From IMG/VR virus record IMGVR_UViG_3300032038_000012, positions 71,792 through 135,791 of that record: a stretch of 64,000 bases of DNA; one strand, given 5' to 3'. This document shows, piece after piece, positions 52,254-62,432 of this stretch. The notes under the pieces were generated by a model. That model was not told where the DNA came from. It saw only the letters and a list, made by a program, of their open reading frames with translations, and did no database searches. Made by a program: the position numbers and the translations under genes. Origin of the DNA: a virus (Duplodnaviria; Caudoviricetes). Within the stretch, counting starts at the first letter, position 1. Each line of letters begins with the position of its first letter.

Positions 52254-54170
52254 CTATTCTGCGTTGTAAACAGCTTCTTGAGAATGTAATCTAATATATT
52301 CTTTTCTTGCTGTTACACCTGTTCCCATTAATTGTTCAAATAGTACATTAGCTGCGCTAACATCATCTACTGTTATTTGTTTTAAGATTCTTTCATTTGG
52401 ATCTGTTAATGTTTGTTCAGTTTCCTCAACAGACATTTCTCCTAAACCTTTCATACGATTAACAGTATATTTTTTTGTTGGATTTTCTTTTTTAAATTTT
52501 TCTAATTCTTCATCATTCTTTATATATTTATATTCTTTTCCTATTGTTACTTTATATAATGGAGGTACTCCCGCATAAACATATCCATCTTGAATAAGTT
52601 GTGGACAGAAATTCCATATAAAAGTATAGAATAGGTTCTTAATATGAGCACCATCGACATCGGCATCTGACATTATAATTATTTTGCCATATCTTAAATC
52701 TTCAGGTTCATATGTAACTTTCATATTCTTTACATCAATAGTTAAACCAAATGCTTCTATCATTGTCATAATTTCTGCATTTTTTTGAATTTTATCTAAA
52801 GTTGCTTTTTGAGTATTAAGTATCTTACCACGAACTGGCATTACAGCTTGGAACTCATTATCACGAGCAGTCTTTAAGTTTCCACTTGCAGAATCTCCCT
52901 CTGTAATATATATTTCACATTTACTTCTGTCTTTACTGAAGCAATCTGCTAATTTACTATCAAATTTTAATACTTTTTCTTTTTTCTTATTAGTTTCTCT
53001 AACTCTTTCTCTTGCGTTCTTTGCTGCTTCTCTCGCTTTTCTAGCGGCTGCCGCTTTATCAAAGATAGTTTTTATTTCTTTTTCATTAGAGGCTAACCAA
53101 TATTGAAGATTAACCGCAATAATAGATGCAAAGTTAGACATATCTAATTTTGTTACTGTTGATTTAACTTGAGCATCATATGCAACATTAGGGGCTGTCA
53201 TATTAAATACTATATACATTCCCTCTTGAATATCATCTCCAGTTAAATTTTCATCTTTATCTTTTAACCATTTTTTATCTCTAAAGAATTTATTAAATTC
53301 TCTTGTTATAATTGTTTTAACTTGAGTTATATGAGGTCCTTTCTCTGTTAAACCTGTATTAACATAAGGTACAAGAGTAAGTGAATAATTAGATGTATAT
53401 GTTAATACCATATCTAATTTTTCTTTTCCCTCACTATATTGCATATTAAATCTATTTGTTATTATTTCTTTTCCTTTTACAGCTTCATCAACTAAATCGT
53501 TTAATCCATGTTCAGAATAATATTCAGTTTTACCTTGTTCATCTTGTAGGATAATTCTTAATCCAGGGCATAAACAACTAATAGTATTTAATAAATCTCT
53601 AACTTTTTTATTTTCTACTCCTGTATGAGTAAAAAATTGCTCACTTGGAGACCAAACTACAAAAGTTCCTGATTTTCCATATGATTCAGGTAAGCTTGGG
53701 GTAGTTCTTTCTTTAAAAACTCCTTCTTGGAATTCAACACTTTCTGATTTACCATCTCGCCAAGTTAATACTTTTAACCAATGAGATAAATAGGTTGTTA
53801 TTTTTGAACCTATTCCGAAAGAGCCTAAAGAAGTTCCTTCATAAGTTCCATCTTCACGATATTTTCCTGATGTATTTAATATACTAAAAGCAGCTTCAAG
53901 AACTGAAGTTCCATCTTCTCTCATTTCATTTGGAAGAAAGCCTTGACCATGATCCATTACTGAAATGACATTATTTCCTTCATCTATATTAACTTCTATT
54001 AAATTACCATGACCTAATCTAAATTCGTCAACTGCATTAGAAATTATCTCAACTAATAACTGAGTAGAGTATGTAGTATCGCCTGCATATACTCCCGGTT
54101 TTAGTCTTGTAAACTCTAATGGAGATAATGACTCGATTGAATCCTTTGTGTATAATTTCTTATCTGCCAT
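52254..54170 (-). CDS. gyrB: Type IIA topoisomerase subunit B
   Basis: EIISNAVDE, EGDSA, PVRGKILN, DADVDG, KGLGEM. Confidence 0.95.
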   Translation of the reverse strand: MADKKLYTKDSIESLSPLEFTRLKPGVYAGDTTYSTQLLVEIISNAVDEFRLGHGNLIEVNIDEGNNVISVMDHGQGFLPNEMREDGTSVLEAAFSILNTSGKYREDGTYEGTSLGSFGIGSKITTYLSHWLKVLTWRDGKSESVEFQEGVFKERTTPSLPESYGKSGTFVVWSPSEQFFTHTGVENKKVRDLLNTISCLCPGLRIILQDEQGKTEYYSEHGLNDLVDEAVKGKEIITNRFNMQYSEGKEKLDMVLTYTSNYSLTLVPYVNTGLTEKGPHITQVKTIITREFNKFFRDKKWLKDKDENLTGDDIQEGMYIVFNMTAPNVAYDAQVKSTVTKLDMSNFASIIAVNLQYWLASNEKEIKTIFDKAAAARKAREAAKNARERVRETNKKKEKVLKFDSKLADCFSKDRSKCEIYITEGDSASGNLKTARDNEFQAVMPVRGKILNTQKATLDKIQKNAEIMTMIEAFGLTIDVKNMKVTYEPEDLRYGKIIIMSDADVDGAHIKNLFYTFIWNFCPQLIQDGYVYAGVPPLYKVTIGKEYKYIKNDEELEKFKKENPTKKYTVNRMKGLGEMSVEETEQTLTDPNERILKQITVDDVSAANVLFEQLMGTGVTARKEYIRLHSQEAVYNAE

Positions 54171-54221
54171 ACTTTTCTCCTCTCTTCATTTTTCTATATA
54201 TCTATTATATCATAATTTTTC

Positions 54222-54722
54222 TTAAAAATCAAAAATTTTGCTTGAGAAACAGAAATCTTTATGATTTTCAAAAATCTTTTCTAATTTTGCCTGATTTTTT
54301 GATGCTACCGCATCTGCTATTTCATTACCAAGTATTCCCGCATGTCCTGGAACACCTCTTACTATAAAGTTAGGAAAATCAATACACGCAAAAGGATATA
54401 AAGTTTTTACTAACTCTATATTTTCTACTTCTTTTTTCTTACTATTTAACCAGTTATTTCCCGCCCAAGTATGAATCCAACTATTAAACATATTCACACA
54501 ATAGGCAGAATCAGAATATATCTCAACTTCTTGGTCTTTATAATCTGTGGTAGCTAGGTTAAGTGCCCATATGAGCCCCTTTAATTCTGCTTGATTATTA
54601 GTAATATTTTCATATTGTTTACCATAAGTTGTTATTAGTTTATTTTTAGTAGTTACTGCCACTCCAAATCCACCTTCACCAGGGTTTCCGCGGCTACTAC
54701 CATCACAATATATTTTAATCAT
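54222..54722 (-). CDS. rnhA: Ribonuclease HI
   Basis: YCDGS..NPG, TNNQAEL, SDSAY, GHAG..GNEIAD. Confidence 0.93.
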   Translation of the reverse strand: MIKIYCDGSSRGNPGEGGFGVAVTTKNKLITTYGKQYENITNNQAELKGLIWALNLATTDYKDQEVEIYSDSAYCVNMFNSWIHTWAGNNWLNSKKKEVENIELVKTLYPFACIDFPNFIVRGVPGHAGILGNEIADAVASKNQAKLEKIFENHKDFCFSSKIFDF

Positions 54723-54785
54723 TTTTATCACCTTTATTTCATTATATTATATATTTTATAAAAAATCAAATAAAAAACAGAGGAT

Positions 54786-55196
54786 TTACTCCTCTGTCTT
54801 TTTTTCTTTTAATTTTTTCATATGGTCAATTATAACTAGTCTGTTCTCTAGTTTATTGTTAATAACTTCTTTTAAAGATTTTATATTGCCTATGATTTCT
54901 TTTTTATAATCTTTATATTGTTTTAATCTTTTTTCTAACGCAGGTTCTTCATGTCCTAATCTAGTTTTTAAATCTTCTAAACAATTTATTTGAATATTAA
55001 CTCTTACTAAACATTTTTCAAAATATTGTATAGTAGCTCTATATTCTGCTAATTCGCATCCTAAAAAGCTAGATGCTACATCTTTATCATCGGGACTTAA
55101 AAATGAATAGTCGCAGAAATTACCATAATCAGTTTGGATTTCAACAAAAGAAACTCCATCTTCTTTATCATAGTTTGATTTTACTAATTTAAACAT
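54786..55196 (-). CDS. Hypothetical protein
   Basis: Operon ORF. Confidence 0.65.
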   Translation of the reverse strand: MFKLVKSNYDKEDGVSFVEIQTDYGNFCDYSFLSPDDKDVASSFLGCELAEYRATIQYFEKCLVRVNIQINCLEDLKTRLGHEEPALEKRLKQYKDYKKEIIGNIKSLKEVINNKLENRLVIIDHMKKLKEKKTEE

Positions 55197-55202
55197 CTTA
55201 TC

Positions 55203-55391
55203 TTACTCCTCTCTAGAACTTATTGTTGGTAAACATAGCCATATCAATAGCCAAAACCAACCGTTTATTGGGACTGTAACATCAAGGAATTCTGCTACAT
55301 GAACCCCATTAATAAGAAAGTCTATATTTAATATATCGACAATCCATATTATTGTAATTAATGTTTTTAAAATCACATATAAACCTAACAT
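55203..55391 (-). CDS. Small membrane protein
   Basis: Two hydrophobic segments; RBS. Confidence 0.65.
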   Translation of the reverse strand: MLGLYVILKTLITIIWIVDILNIDFLINGVHVAEFLDVTVPINGWFWLLIWLCLPTISSREE

Positions 55392-55400
55392 ATTTCCTCC

Positions 55401-55997
55401 TTAATAGAACCAAGGCTGTCCGCCTATGGAATTATCTAACGCAATCTTTTTCTCTTTTACATCTTCTACTATTTGCTCAAGAGAAACTGGTTTGTTATCA
55501 TGAGCATCTAAACATACGCAATACATATATGGATTGTCTGAATAAAACTTAGTTTGTTGGTGCGTATGCCCATAAATGTTTACCATATGTTTAGCCCATG
55601 GCTTATCGTCATCATAGTTTGCGGTAATTGTTGGATAATGTGATAGCCATACGTGGTATTTCCCGAACTTTTTTCTTAAAGCACAATCAATAGATACAAC
55701 ATTTGGACATTGACTATAAAGTTCTATGCGGGTATCTGTATCATGATTTCCAATTAGAATATGTATTCTACCATTTAATTGTTTTAAGCATTCAAGACCG
55801 TGTTCATTATCTCCTAACATAACGTCCCCAAGATGATAAACTTCATCATCAGGGCCAATAATAGAATTCCAATTCTCAATAATTGCGGTATCATGCTCTT
55901 CAGAGTTAGCAAATCCGCGAGGCCCGAAAAGAAACTCTTTTTGGTGTCCAAAATGAGTATCACTTGTAAACCAGATTTTTCTTTCTAAAGAATCCAT
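55401..55997 (-). CDS. Calcineurin-like metallophosphoesterase
   Basis: SDTHFGH, LGD, GNHD, SHYP, GHTH. Confidence 0.9.
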   Translation of the reverse strand: MDSLERKIWFTSDTHFGHQKEFLFGPRGFANSEEHDTAIIENWNSIIGPDDEVYHLGDVMLGDNEHGLECLKQLNGRIHILIGNHDTDTRIELYSQCPNVVSIDCALRKKFGKYHVWLSHYPTITANYDDDKPWAKHMVNIYGHTHQQTKFYSDNPYMYCVCLDAHDNKPVSLEQIVEDVKEKKIALDNSIGGQPWFY

Positions 55998-56503
55998 TCT
56001 TTATTTGCCTCCGCTTCTAAATCTATAATAGTTTCTTTTCCATTTTCTATAATATGAAGATATTTTACTCCTTCGGACCAAGTTGGTTTTTCTAATCGTC
56101 CAAACATTTGTATAATACTTTGTTCTGGGACTTTTTCTATACCTTTTCTAAGAGCATTATATTTTAAACAAACTTCTACAGGTGTATTTAACCAAATTAC
56201 ATGGATTTCTTCTGGTTGAATGTGCAAAGATGTAATTAATTTTCTTCTTGCTCTTGAATCTAAAGATGTTTGATCTGCATATACATTATTATGTGTTTTC
56301 AAATTTTTTTCAATAGTGTCAATAAATTCTTGATACACTTGTTTTTCTTTTGAAAAATAAGGTTCATTAGGATTAACCCATCCAAACCTAATTCTGTCTC
56401 TTGAAACATAAGCATCTGTATCTTTCATATGATGTTGACACCAAGTTGATTTTCCTGATCCAGGAATGCCCATCATAATATATAATTTACTCATTTCCAT
56501 CAA
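55985..56503 (-). CDS. Polynucleotide kinase-like P-loop kinase (AAA_33)
   Basis: GIPGSGKST, SRDRIR, DQT, R..VP. Confidence 0.85.
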   Translation of the reverse strand: MMEMSKLYIMMGIPGSGKSTWCQHHMKDTDAYVSRDRIRFGWVNPNEPYFSKEKQVYQEFIDTIEKNLKTHNNVYADQTSLDSRARRKLITSLHIQPEEIHVIWLNTPVEVCLKYNALRKGIEKVPEQSIIQMFGRLEKPTWSEGVKYLHIIENGKETIIDLEAEANKEWIL

Positions 56504-56855
56504 ACTCCTTTTTTATCCTATGACCACAATCATTTGAAAAATCTGAATTCCAACATTTACCATTTTTATTATAAGGGCAATCTTCTTTTGAGCAGCTTAA
56601 AAGTTCATTAATTTCATAACGGTTACCCTCTACAAATCTTCCTGCTTCAAATTCTTCTCTAAAAGTTTCATAGGTATAATTATCATTTTCTTTTATCTCT
56701 GCGTGATTTGTTTCTTCACCACAATAAATACAATATAGTTTCTTCAAATGTCCACCTTTTCTTTCTTGACCTTTTTTACGGTGAACAGGAAGTCCTTCTT
56801 TTCCGCATTTAGTGCAGAAAAATCTACTAGTCTTCATCTGAAATGTTTTCGGCAT
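56487..56855 (-). CDS. Zn-ribbon protein with bL33-like N-terminal domain
   Basis: FFCTKCG..RKK..HLKKLYCIYCGEETNHAEIK parallels the L33 CxxC..LKKYCxxC..HxE pattern. Confidence 0.65.
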   Translation of the reverse strand: MPKTFQMKTSRFFCTKCGKEGLPVHRKKGQERKGGHLKKLYCIYCGEETNHAEIKENDNYTYETFREEFEAGRFVEGNRYEINELLSCSKEDCPYNKNGKCWNSDFSNDCGHRIKKEFDGNE

Positions 56856-57048
56856 CGTCAATTACCTCCTCTGTTTCAGACATTTCAATGTAACTATCTT
56901 CATCTTGAAAACATCTTCTAAGATAGTCTTTTCCGCCATCAACTGAGACATTTCCGCAAGAACAAGTTACAAAATCATGACGATGAACAGATTCGATAAT
57001 ATCGCCACACTTTAAACACTTCACTGCGTTCTTAATTATCTTATTCAT
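56827..57048 (-). CDS. Small Zn-binding protein
   Basis: CLKCGDIIES.HRHDF.TCSCG.VSVDGG. Confidence 0.75.
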   Translation of the reverse strand: MNKIIKNAVKCLKCGDIIESVHRHDFVTCSCGNVSVDGGKDYLRRCFQDEDSYIEMSETEEVIDDAENISDED

Positions 57049-57141
57049 AATTATCATTTCCTTTCTTTTATATTTTACATATATATTATATCATAATTTT
57101 TTATAAAAATAAAATTACCGCTTTATAAGGCGGTAATCTTA

Positions 57142-58413
57142 CTATTGATGGTATTTAATTAAGAATTCGTTAGATACAGCTTTAAAGCTTTCTCTACCAT
57201 CTAGGGTTCTTAATACAACTCCTTCTCTCATTTCTCCATCTAATTGCGATATGCCATCTGCATATGCAACCATTTCATCACAAGTTTCTGGTAAAATAAA
57301 ATGTTCATCTAATATAGGAACGCAAGGAATATTATATGTATTTACTAATATTTCTGTCATTTCTCTTGGGTTTAATCTTTTTGTTGTTCCATCTTTATAT
57401 CCAAATATTAAATTAAATGCTGCAAAATCAACATCTGCTCTTCCATAATCCCTATTTTGAACTTTATTACCATAAGTTTCTCCTTGTATAGTTACAAAAA
57501 CAAATTCTTTATGTGTGTCTAATATATTTCTTAACACTTCTTCGGCATTATATTTTTCAGCCATTTCAGTATAAACATTTGTTTCATAATAACATTTTTT
57601 ATCAGGTTTATCAAAACATACATTTCTTGAACATACATAAAAATCAAATTTCTTTCTTCCTAATCTTTTCATAGTAAATGTAGTTGAAGTTCCATCTATT
57701 TTTTCAGTGACCATCCATTCTTTTTCTGGATCTCCAGGGAATAGAAATGGCATATTTTGAACTCTTTCTTCATCTGTTTTAACTACCCATGCAGGCCAAC
57801 CGCGAGTATCTCTTTTCTTTCCTAAGAAAATAAATAAGAATTTTTTACCCCAAGTGTATTTATATAATGTTCTTAAAAATTTATGTGCTTTAAATAATTT
57901 TAAATGTCTTTGATACATTCTCATATATTTATCAATATTTGCTTTTCTTTTATTATCTTCTATTACTGAATAAATAACACCTAATTCTTCTGTTAGAGGT
58001 ATATTTATATATTCATCGCCTGGTAGTTCATGCAGCTTAGCTACGTTCCAACCTATTTGAATTGCGGAAATACAAGCAGGCATACCTCCATTTTCACAAA
58101 AATCTCCAAGAGCCATAAGTAAACCTTGAGATACAAAGTTTCCTTTTCCTCCAAAAGTATATTTTTGAGTTTTTATTTTATAGTGTTTAGAGGCTAAAAA
58201 CTCTGACCACTGTCTTTCAGGTAGTTTACTATCTATTTCAAAATAAACAGCTATATCACCTGGCTTAAAAGTACCTTTTCTAGTCATTATATGCCATCCA
58301 CCTACTATCGCACATTCACAATTATCTGAACCTTCAATAGGCTTTATGTCATCAATTTTTACAGTATAGGCAAGTTCTCTTTGTTTTGTTTTTGGGTTTA
58401 ACATATTTTTCAC
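57142..58413 (-). CDS. ATP-dependent RNA ligase (Rnl2/DRB0094-like)
   Basis: N-terminal VYFEIDS domain; TEKIDGTS, QGE, REGVV, FKAVSNEFL. Confidence 0.9.
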   Translation of the reverse strand: MKNMLNPKTKQRELAYTVKIDDIKPIEGSDNCECAIVGGWHIMTRKGTFKPGDIAVYFEIDSKLPERQWSEFLASKHYKIKTQKYTFGGKGNFVSQGLLMALGDFCENGGMPACISAIQIGWNVAKLHELPGDEYINIPLTEELGVIYSVIEDNKRKANIDKYMRMYQRHLKLFKAHKFLRTLYKYTWGKKFLFIFLGKKRDTRGWPAWVVKTDEERVQNMPFLFPGDPEKEWMVTEKIDGTSTTFTMKRLGRKKFDFYVCSRNVCFDKPDKKCYYETNVYTEMAEKYNAEEVLRNILDTHKEFVFVTIQGETYGNKVQNRDYGRADVDFAAFNLIFGYKDGTTKRLNPREMTEILVNTYNIPCVPILDEHFILPETCDEMVAYADGISQLDGEMREGVVLRTLDGRESFKAVSNEFLIKYHQ

Positions 58414-58457
58414 TTCTCCTTTTTATTTATTATATAATAATTTTTTGGAATTATCAA

Positions 58458-59150
58458 CTATTCTACAAAGTATATGGGTTCTAGTGTATCCAAATCTAAT
58501 AATGCAATTTTCTTTGATACAAAAGTAGCTAAATCTAAATCTATTTTATGTTGATGACAATATTTACAAATAGTTATAGATTTTTTACCTTCTAATTCCT
58601 TCACTCTTGTTTGCAGGTATTGAACAGGTGAATGTCCATGTACTATATAAGTATCTTCATCTCCATCCCATTCTGTTTCAGTTAAATGATTGCGGTTCCA
58701 GATGAAATCCGCAGGTCTATCACTTAATAAGTCTTTAAAACTAAATCCAGAATGTGATAAATAAATTTTTTTATTATCCTTATTTATATATAATGTTTTA
58801 TAAACAGTTTTTGTTTTTAAATTATGAATTAATTCTTCTTGCTCTTGTTCACTGAGAGCTTGAAAAGCTCGAAGTGTTACTAGCGTTTCATTTTCTGTAA
58901 TTATACTTTTTTGTGTTAATAACGCCATATTAATATCTTTTACATAATCTAAAAACATATCTTCGTGATTACCTATTATATAAGTAACTCTTTTATCTTT
59001 AAATAATTCTTGCATAATTCTAATTCCATCTGGACCGCGATCAATCGCATCTCCTAGAAAGAATATTTCATCATCTTCTTTACAATAATTTTTTATGGCT
59101 AACCATAAGTTATAGTTGCCATGAATGTCAGTAAAAGCATATTTAGCCAT
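58458..59150 (-). CDS. PPP-family Ser/Thr phosphatase-like metallophosphoesterase
   Basis: TDIHG, LGDAIDRGPD, GNHE, HGHSP. Confidence 0.9.
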   Translation of the reverse strand: MAKYAFTDIHGNYNLWLAIKNYCKEDDEIFFLGDAIDRGPDGIRIMQELFKDKRVTYIIGNHEDMFLDYVKDINMALLTQKSIITENETLVTLRAFQALSEQEQEELIHNLKTKTVYKTLYINKDNKKIYLSHSGFSFKDLLSDRPADFIWNRNHLTETEWDGDEDTYIVHGHSPVQYLQTRVKELEGKKSITICKYCHQHKIDLDLATFVSKKIALLDLDTLEPIYFVE

Positions 59151-59388
59151 ATAAATCATCTCCTTTTTTAAATACTACATATATTATATAATGATTTTTT
59201 TATAAAATCAATTAATCATTTCCGCACTCAAGCAAAGAAACCTTTTTGATTTTTTTCATATTTTATTATAAAATTGTTTTAGAAATTTGAAAAGCACAAA
59301 ATTCACTAAGGACTTTTTAAAGTTTCTTATTTTATTTTTTACAAAAATTATAATATAATAATAATGTAAAAAGAAAGGAGAGGGAATT

Positions 59389-60069
59389 ATGGAAGCACGA
59401 AAAGAAGATTTAGATGAAATATTAGAAGCATTATCATATGGAACTTTTGATGAAAATGATGAGGCGGATTTTTATTCAATCGTGGTTCAACCCTTTTCAG
59501 AAAAATATAAGAAACCATTTGATTATGCAACAGGTGCTACTAAAGGTGTCTTAATATTTGAACAATTAGGGTTTGTAATCAAAATACCTTTCTGTCGTAA
59601 TTCAGAAGATTGTGAATATAACAGTACATATGGTGAATATGAATGTTGTTATTTTACTGGTGCGGATACTGATAATGGTTGGGATTATTGTGAAGCTGAG
59701 GCAAATAAATATGAAAGAGCTGAAGAAGAGGGCTTAGCACAATGTTTTGCAAAAACTAAAAAAATAGGAGATATTGATGGATACCCAATATATATACAAG
59801 AACTTGCAGATATTTATAAAAGTATTGATTATCAATCTTCACACACCGAAGAAGATAGCCGTCAAGTAAGTTCAATCTGTAATAGTAATAATTTTTATAT
59901 GTTTAATATTGAATGGTTAAGTGATGCATTCCATTATTATGGAGAAAAAATGTTCCATAAATTATTAGAATTTATTAGAACAGTAGGAATTAACGACTTA
60001 CACGATGGTAATATTGGATATATTGGAAATAGACCAGTCTTAGTTGATTATTCATCATTCGATTCATAA
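59389..60069 (+). CDS. Protein kinase-like enzyme
   Basis: GATK, VIKIP, E helix, DLHDGNIG catalytic loop, VLVDY. Confidence 0.8.
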   Translation: MEARKEDLDEILEALSYGTFDENDEADFYSIVVQPFSEKYKKPFDYATGATKGVLIFEQLGFVIKIPFCRNSEDCEYNSTYGEYECCYFTGADTDNGWDYCEAEANKYERAEEEGLAQCFAKTKKIGDIDGYPIYIQELADIYKSIDYQSSHTEEDSRQVSSICNSNNFYMFNIEWLSDAFHYYGEKMFHKLLEFIRTVGINDLHDGNIGYIGNRPVLVDYSSFDS

Positions 60070-60137
60070 TCCGCTATTGATTTTTATAAAAAAATATTAT
60101 ATAATAATAATGTAAAAAGAAAAAGGAAGTGATTATT

Positions 60138-60431
60138 ATGGATTTCAATATTCTACATCCATTTAGCACATTTAGAGGCGATGATGCTTATAATGGAGAA
60201 TTTAATGGAGCAACAGGCTGGATAATGCAAAGTGATGTTGACAGACAAAAATTAACAGATGGTTTCAAACAAGCAATAGACGAAGGATATGACATCAATG
60301 ATGAAGATATTCAAAATATAATATTTAAACAATTAAATTGTAGCCCATCTGATTTAACACCTTTTGATTTAAACAAATTAAAAAAGGACATTGAAAAGTA
60401 TTATAAAGAAGTCCATAAATCATTGTTCTAG
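60138..60431 (+). CDS. Hypothetical protein
   Basis: Promoter TTGATT-17-TATAAT at 60077-60105. Confidence 0.65.
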   Translation: MDFNILHPFSTFRGDDAYNGEFNGATGWIMQSDVDRQKLTDGFKQAIDEGYDINDEDIQNIIFKQLNCSPSDLTPFDLNKLKKDIEKYYKEVHKSLF

Positions 60432-60447
60432 TCCGCACGAGACCCAG

Positions 60448-60476
60448 TTGATTTTTACAAAAAATTTTGATATAAT
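60448..60476 (+). promoter_or_regulatory. SigA-type promoter TTGATT-17-TATAAT
   Basis: Near-consensus with 17-bp spacer. Confidence 0.8.
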
Positions 60477-60508
60477 AAATATAGAAAAAATGAAGGAGGA
60501 AAAATAAT

Positions 60509-60874
60509 ATGGAAAAGAAAACTACAAAAAGAGAATTTTATGAAATGATTAAGGAAATCGTTGCAGAAGATGAAACATTAGTTGCATTCTGTGAAAAAGA
60601 AATCGCAGCAATTGATGCAAAAGCTGAAAAAGCAAAAGAAAGAGCAGCAGCTAAGAGAGCAGAAGGAGATGCTTTAAGAGAAGCAGTTCAAGCTGTATTA
60701 ACAAATGAATTCCAAACTATTGATGAAATCACAGGAAAAGTTGAAGGAGAAGAAGTAACAAAAGCAAAAGTTACTGCTAGATTAACTCAATTAGTTAAAG
60801 CTGAAATCGCTGAAAAAACTGATGTTAAAAATGAAGAAACTGGAAAAACAGTAAAAGCATATAAATTAGTTTAA
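60509..60874 (+). CDS. Coiled-coil plus winged-helix DNA-binding protein
   Basis: QTIDEI..KVTARLTQLVK..K..KAYKL; strong RBS and terminator. Confidence 0.65.
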   Translation: MEKKTTKREFYEMIKEIVAEDETLVAFCEKEIAAIDAKAEKAKERAAAKRAEGDALREAVQAVLTNEFQTIDEITGKVEGEEVTKAKVTARLTQLVKAEIAEKTDVKNEETGKTVKAYKLV

Positions 60875-60931
60875 TAACATTAACAGGGCGGGCTTAAACC
60901 CGCTCTATTTCTAGTTAAGAAAGGTGGAAAT

Positions 60932-61741
60932 ATGAAATATTGTTTAACTTATCGACCAAATAAAGAACAATTAATGAATAAAGCAGATGAGTTATCTATA
61001 AACTTTAACAGATCAGATACCACTTTACCGGAGTTTTTAGAAAAATATAGAAAGAAAAGAATAATAATAAATATAGATATAGAAAATTTTACAGATGAAG
61101 ATATGAAGCTTCTAAAAGCGATATATGAAAAGCAACCTATTTTTACTTTAAAATTTTCTACTTATAATAAAAAGTTCGTGGAAGATACAAAAGAAGCTCA
61201 TATGCCTTATTTCTTAAGTAAATTAGTTAATGATTGGGACACTTTTAATGCTTTAATAAAATTAGGAGTATCTGATATTTATATAGTTGAACATTTAGGT
61301 TTTGAACTAGACCTATGTGCAGAAAAGGCGCACGCCGCAAATATTCAATTAAGAGCCTTTCCTAATATTGCTCAAGCAAGTTGGATTGATACACCAGAAA
61401 TTAAAAAGTTTTTTATTAGACCTGAAGATGTCGTTCAATACGAACCTTATTTAGATGTTTTAGAATTTATCACAACAGACACATCAAAAGAGGGTGTATT
61501 ATATGATATTTATGCTGTTGATAAAAAATGGAATGGGCCTCTAAAAGAAATTATTAGCGACTGTAATATTGATATTAGTAGTCAATATATAGTTCCAAGA
61601 TTTGCGGAAAATCGTATAAGATGCGGAAAGAAATGTTTAAAAGGATCTAATTGCACTATATGTGAGACTATTGAACATTTAGCAAGAACATTAGAAGAAC
61701 AAAAAATAAAAGTAGTAATGAAAAAAGAGGAGGAAGAATAA
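60932..61741 (+). CDS. Peptidase U32-like fold protein (tentative)
   Basis: GVSDIYI, FFIRPED, C-terminal CGKKC..C..C. Confidence 0.5.
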   Translation: MKYCLTYRPNKEQLMNKADELSINFNRSDTTLPEFLEKYRKKRIIINIDIENFTDEDMKLLKAIYEKQPIFTLKFSTYNKKFVEDTKEAHMPYFLSKLVNDWDTFNALIKLGVSDIYIVEHLGFELDLCAEKAHAANIQLRAFPNIAQASWIDTPEIKKFFIRPEDVVQYEPYLDVLEFITTDTSKEGVLYDIYAVDKKWNGPLKEIISDCNIDISSQYIVPRFAENRIRCGKKCLKGSNCTICETIEHLARTLEEQKIKVVMKKEEEE

Positions 61742-62043
61742 TGGCTTTAAAAGGAAGTATAAGTAAAGAAATAGTAGCAAAGAAAATACTTGAAACTTTT
61801 GAAGGAAGTTTTCAATATGAAAAAGAAATTAGAATTCCTATGGAAGAGGATGGAAATCAAATTCAATTAAAATGTGTTTTAACTTGTGCAAAAACAAATG
61901 TAGAACCTAATGGAGAGAACGCGATTCCAGGAGAAGTAACTCCAGTTGCCGCAGGTGTTCCCGCAAGTGAAAAAACATTTGTAGAACCTACGCAAGAAGA
62001 AAAAGATAATGTGCAAAAATTAATGCAAATGTTAAACTTATAA
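61741..62043 (+). CDS. Conserved phage hypothetical protein
   Basis: Coupled ORF; terminator follows. Confidence 0.7.
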   Translation: MALKGSISKEIVAKKILETFEGSFQYEKEIRIPMEEDGNQIQLKCVLTCAKTNVEPNGENAIPGEVTPVAAGVPASEKTFVEPTQEEKDNVQKLMQMLNL

Positions 62044-62139
62044 TTTTAATAAAAGTAGGCGGCATTCCCGCCTATTTTTGATTTGATTTTTTTGAAAAAA
62101 TATTATATAATAATAATGTAAATAAAGGAGGAATTATAT

Positions 62140-62316
62140 ATGGAAAACAAAGATTATTATGATGACGAAATTGAGGTTATTAAACCACCTTATTATAGAG
62201 TAATGTATATTGATGACGAGGGAAGAAAACATCTTGCTACAGTAACACACCTACCTTATTTACAATATTTAAAAGACAGATTTACTGTAGTTGAGTGCAC
62301 TCTTGTTACAGAGTAA
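62140..62316 (+). CDS. Small hypothetical protein (58 aa)
   Basis: AGGAGG RBS and promoter. Confidence 0.65.
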   Translation: MENKDYYDDEIEVIKPPYYRVMYIDDEGRKHLATVTHLPYLQYLKDRFTVVECTLVTE

Positions 62317-62319
62317 AGT

Positions 62320-62348
62320 TTGACTTTCGTAAAAAATAATGATATAAT
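62320..62348 (+). promoter_or_regulatory. SigA-type promoter TTGACT-17-TATAAT for the hsp20-tRNA transcript
   Basis: Near-consensus. Confidence 0.8.
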
Positions 62349-62432
62349 ATAAGTATGAAAAAGGTAAAGAACCTTTTCCATATATATTATGTTTGTGCGT
62401 CAAAGTTGTTTTTTACGAAAGGAGATTTTAGT

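Noticed and set aside
28297-54170. Inteins or introns in nrdD, dnaE, dnaB, gyrA/B
   Set aside because: ORFs are continuous and of ordinary length, with no intein splice motifs seen
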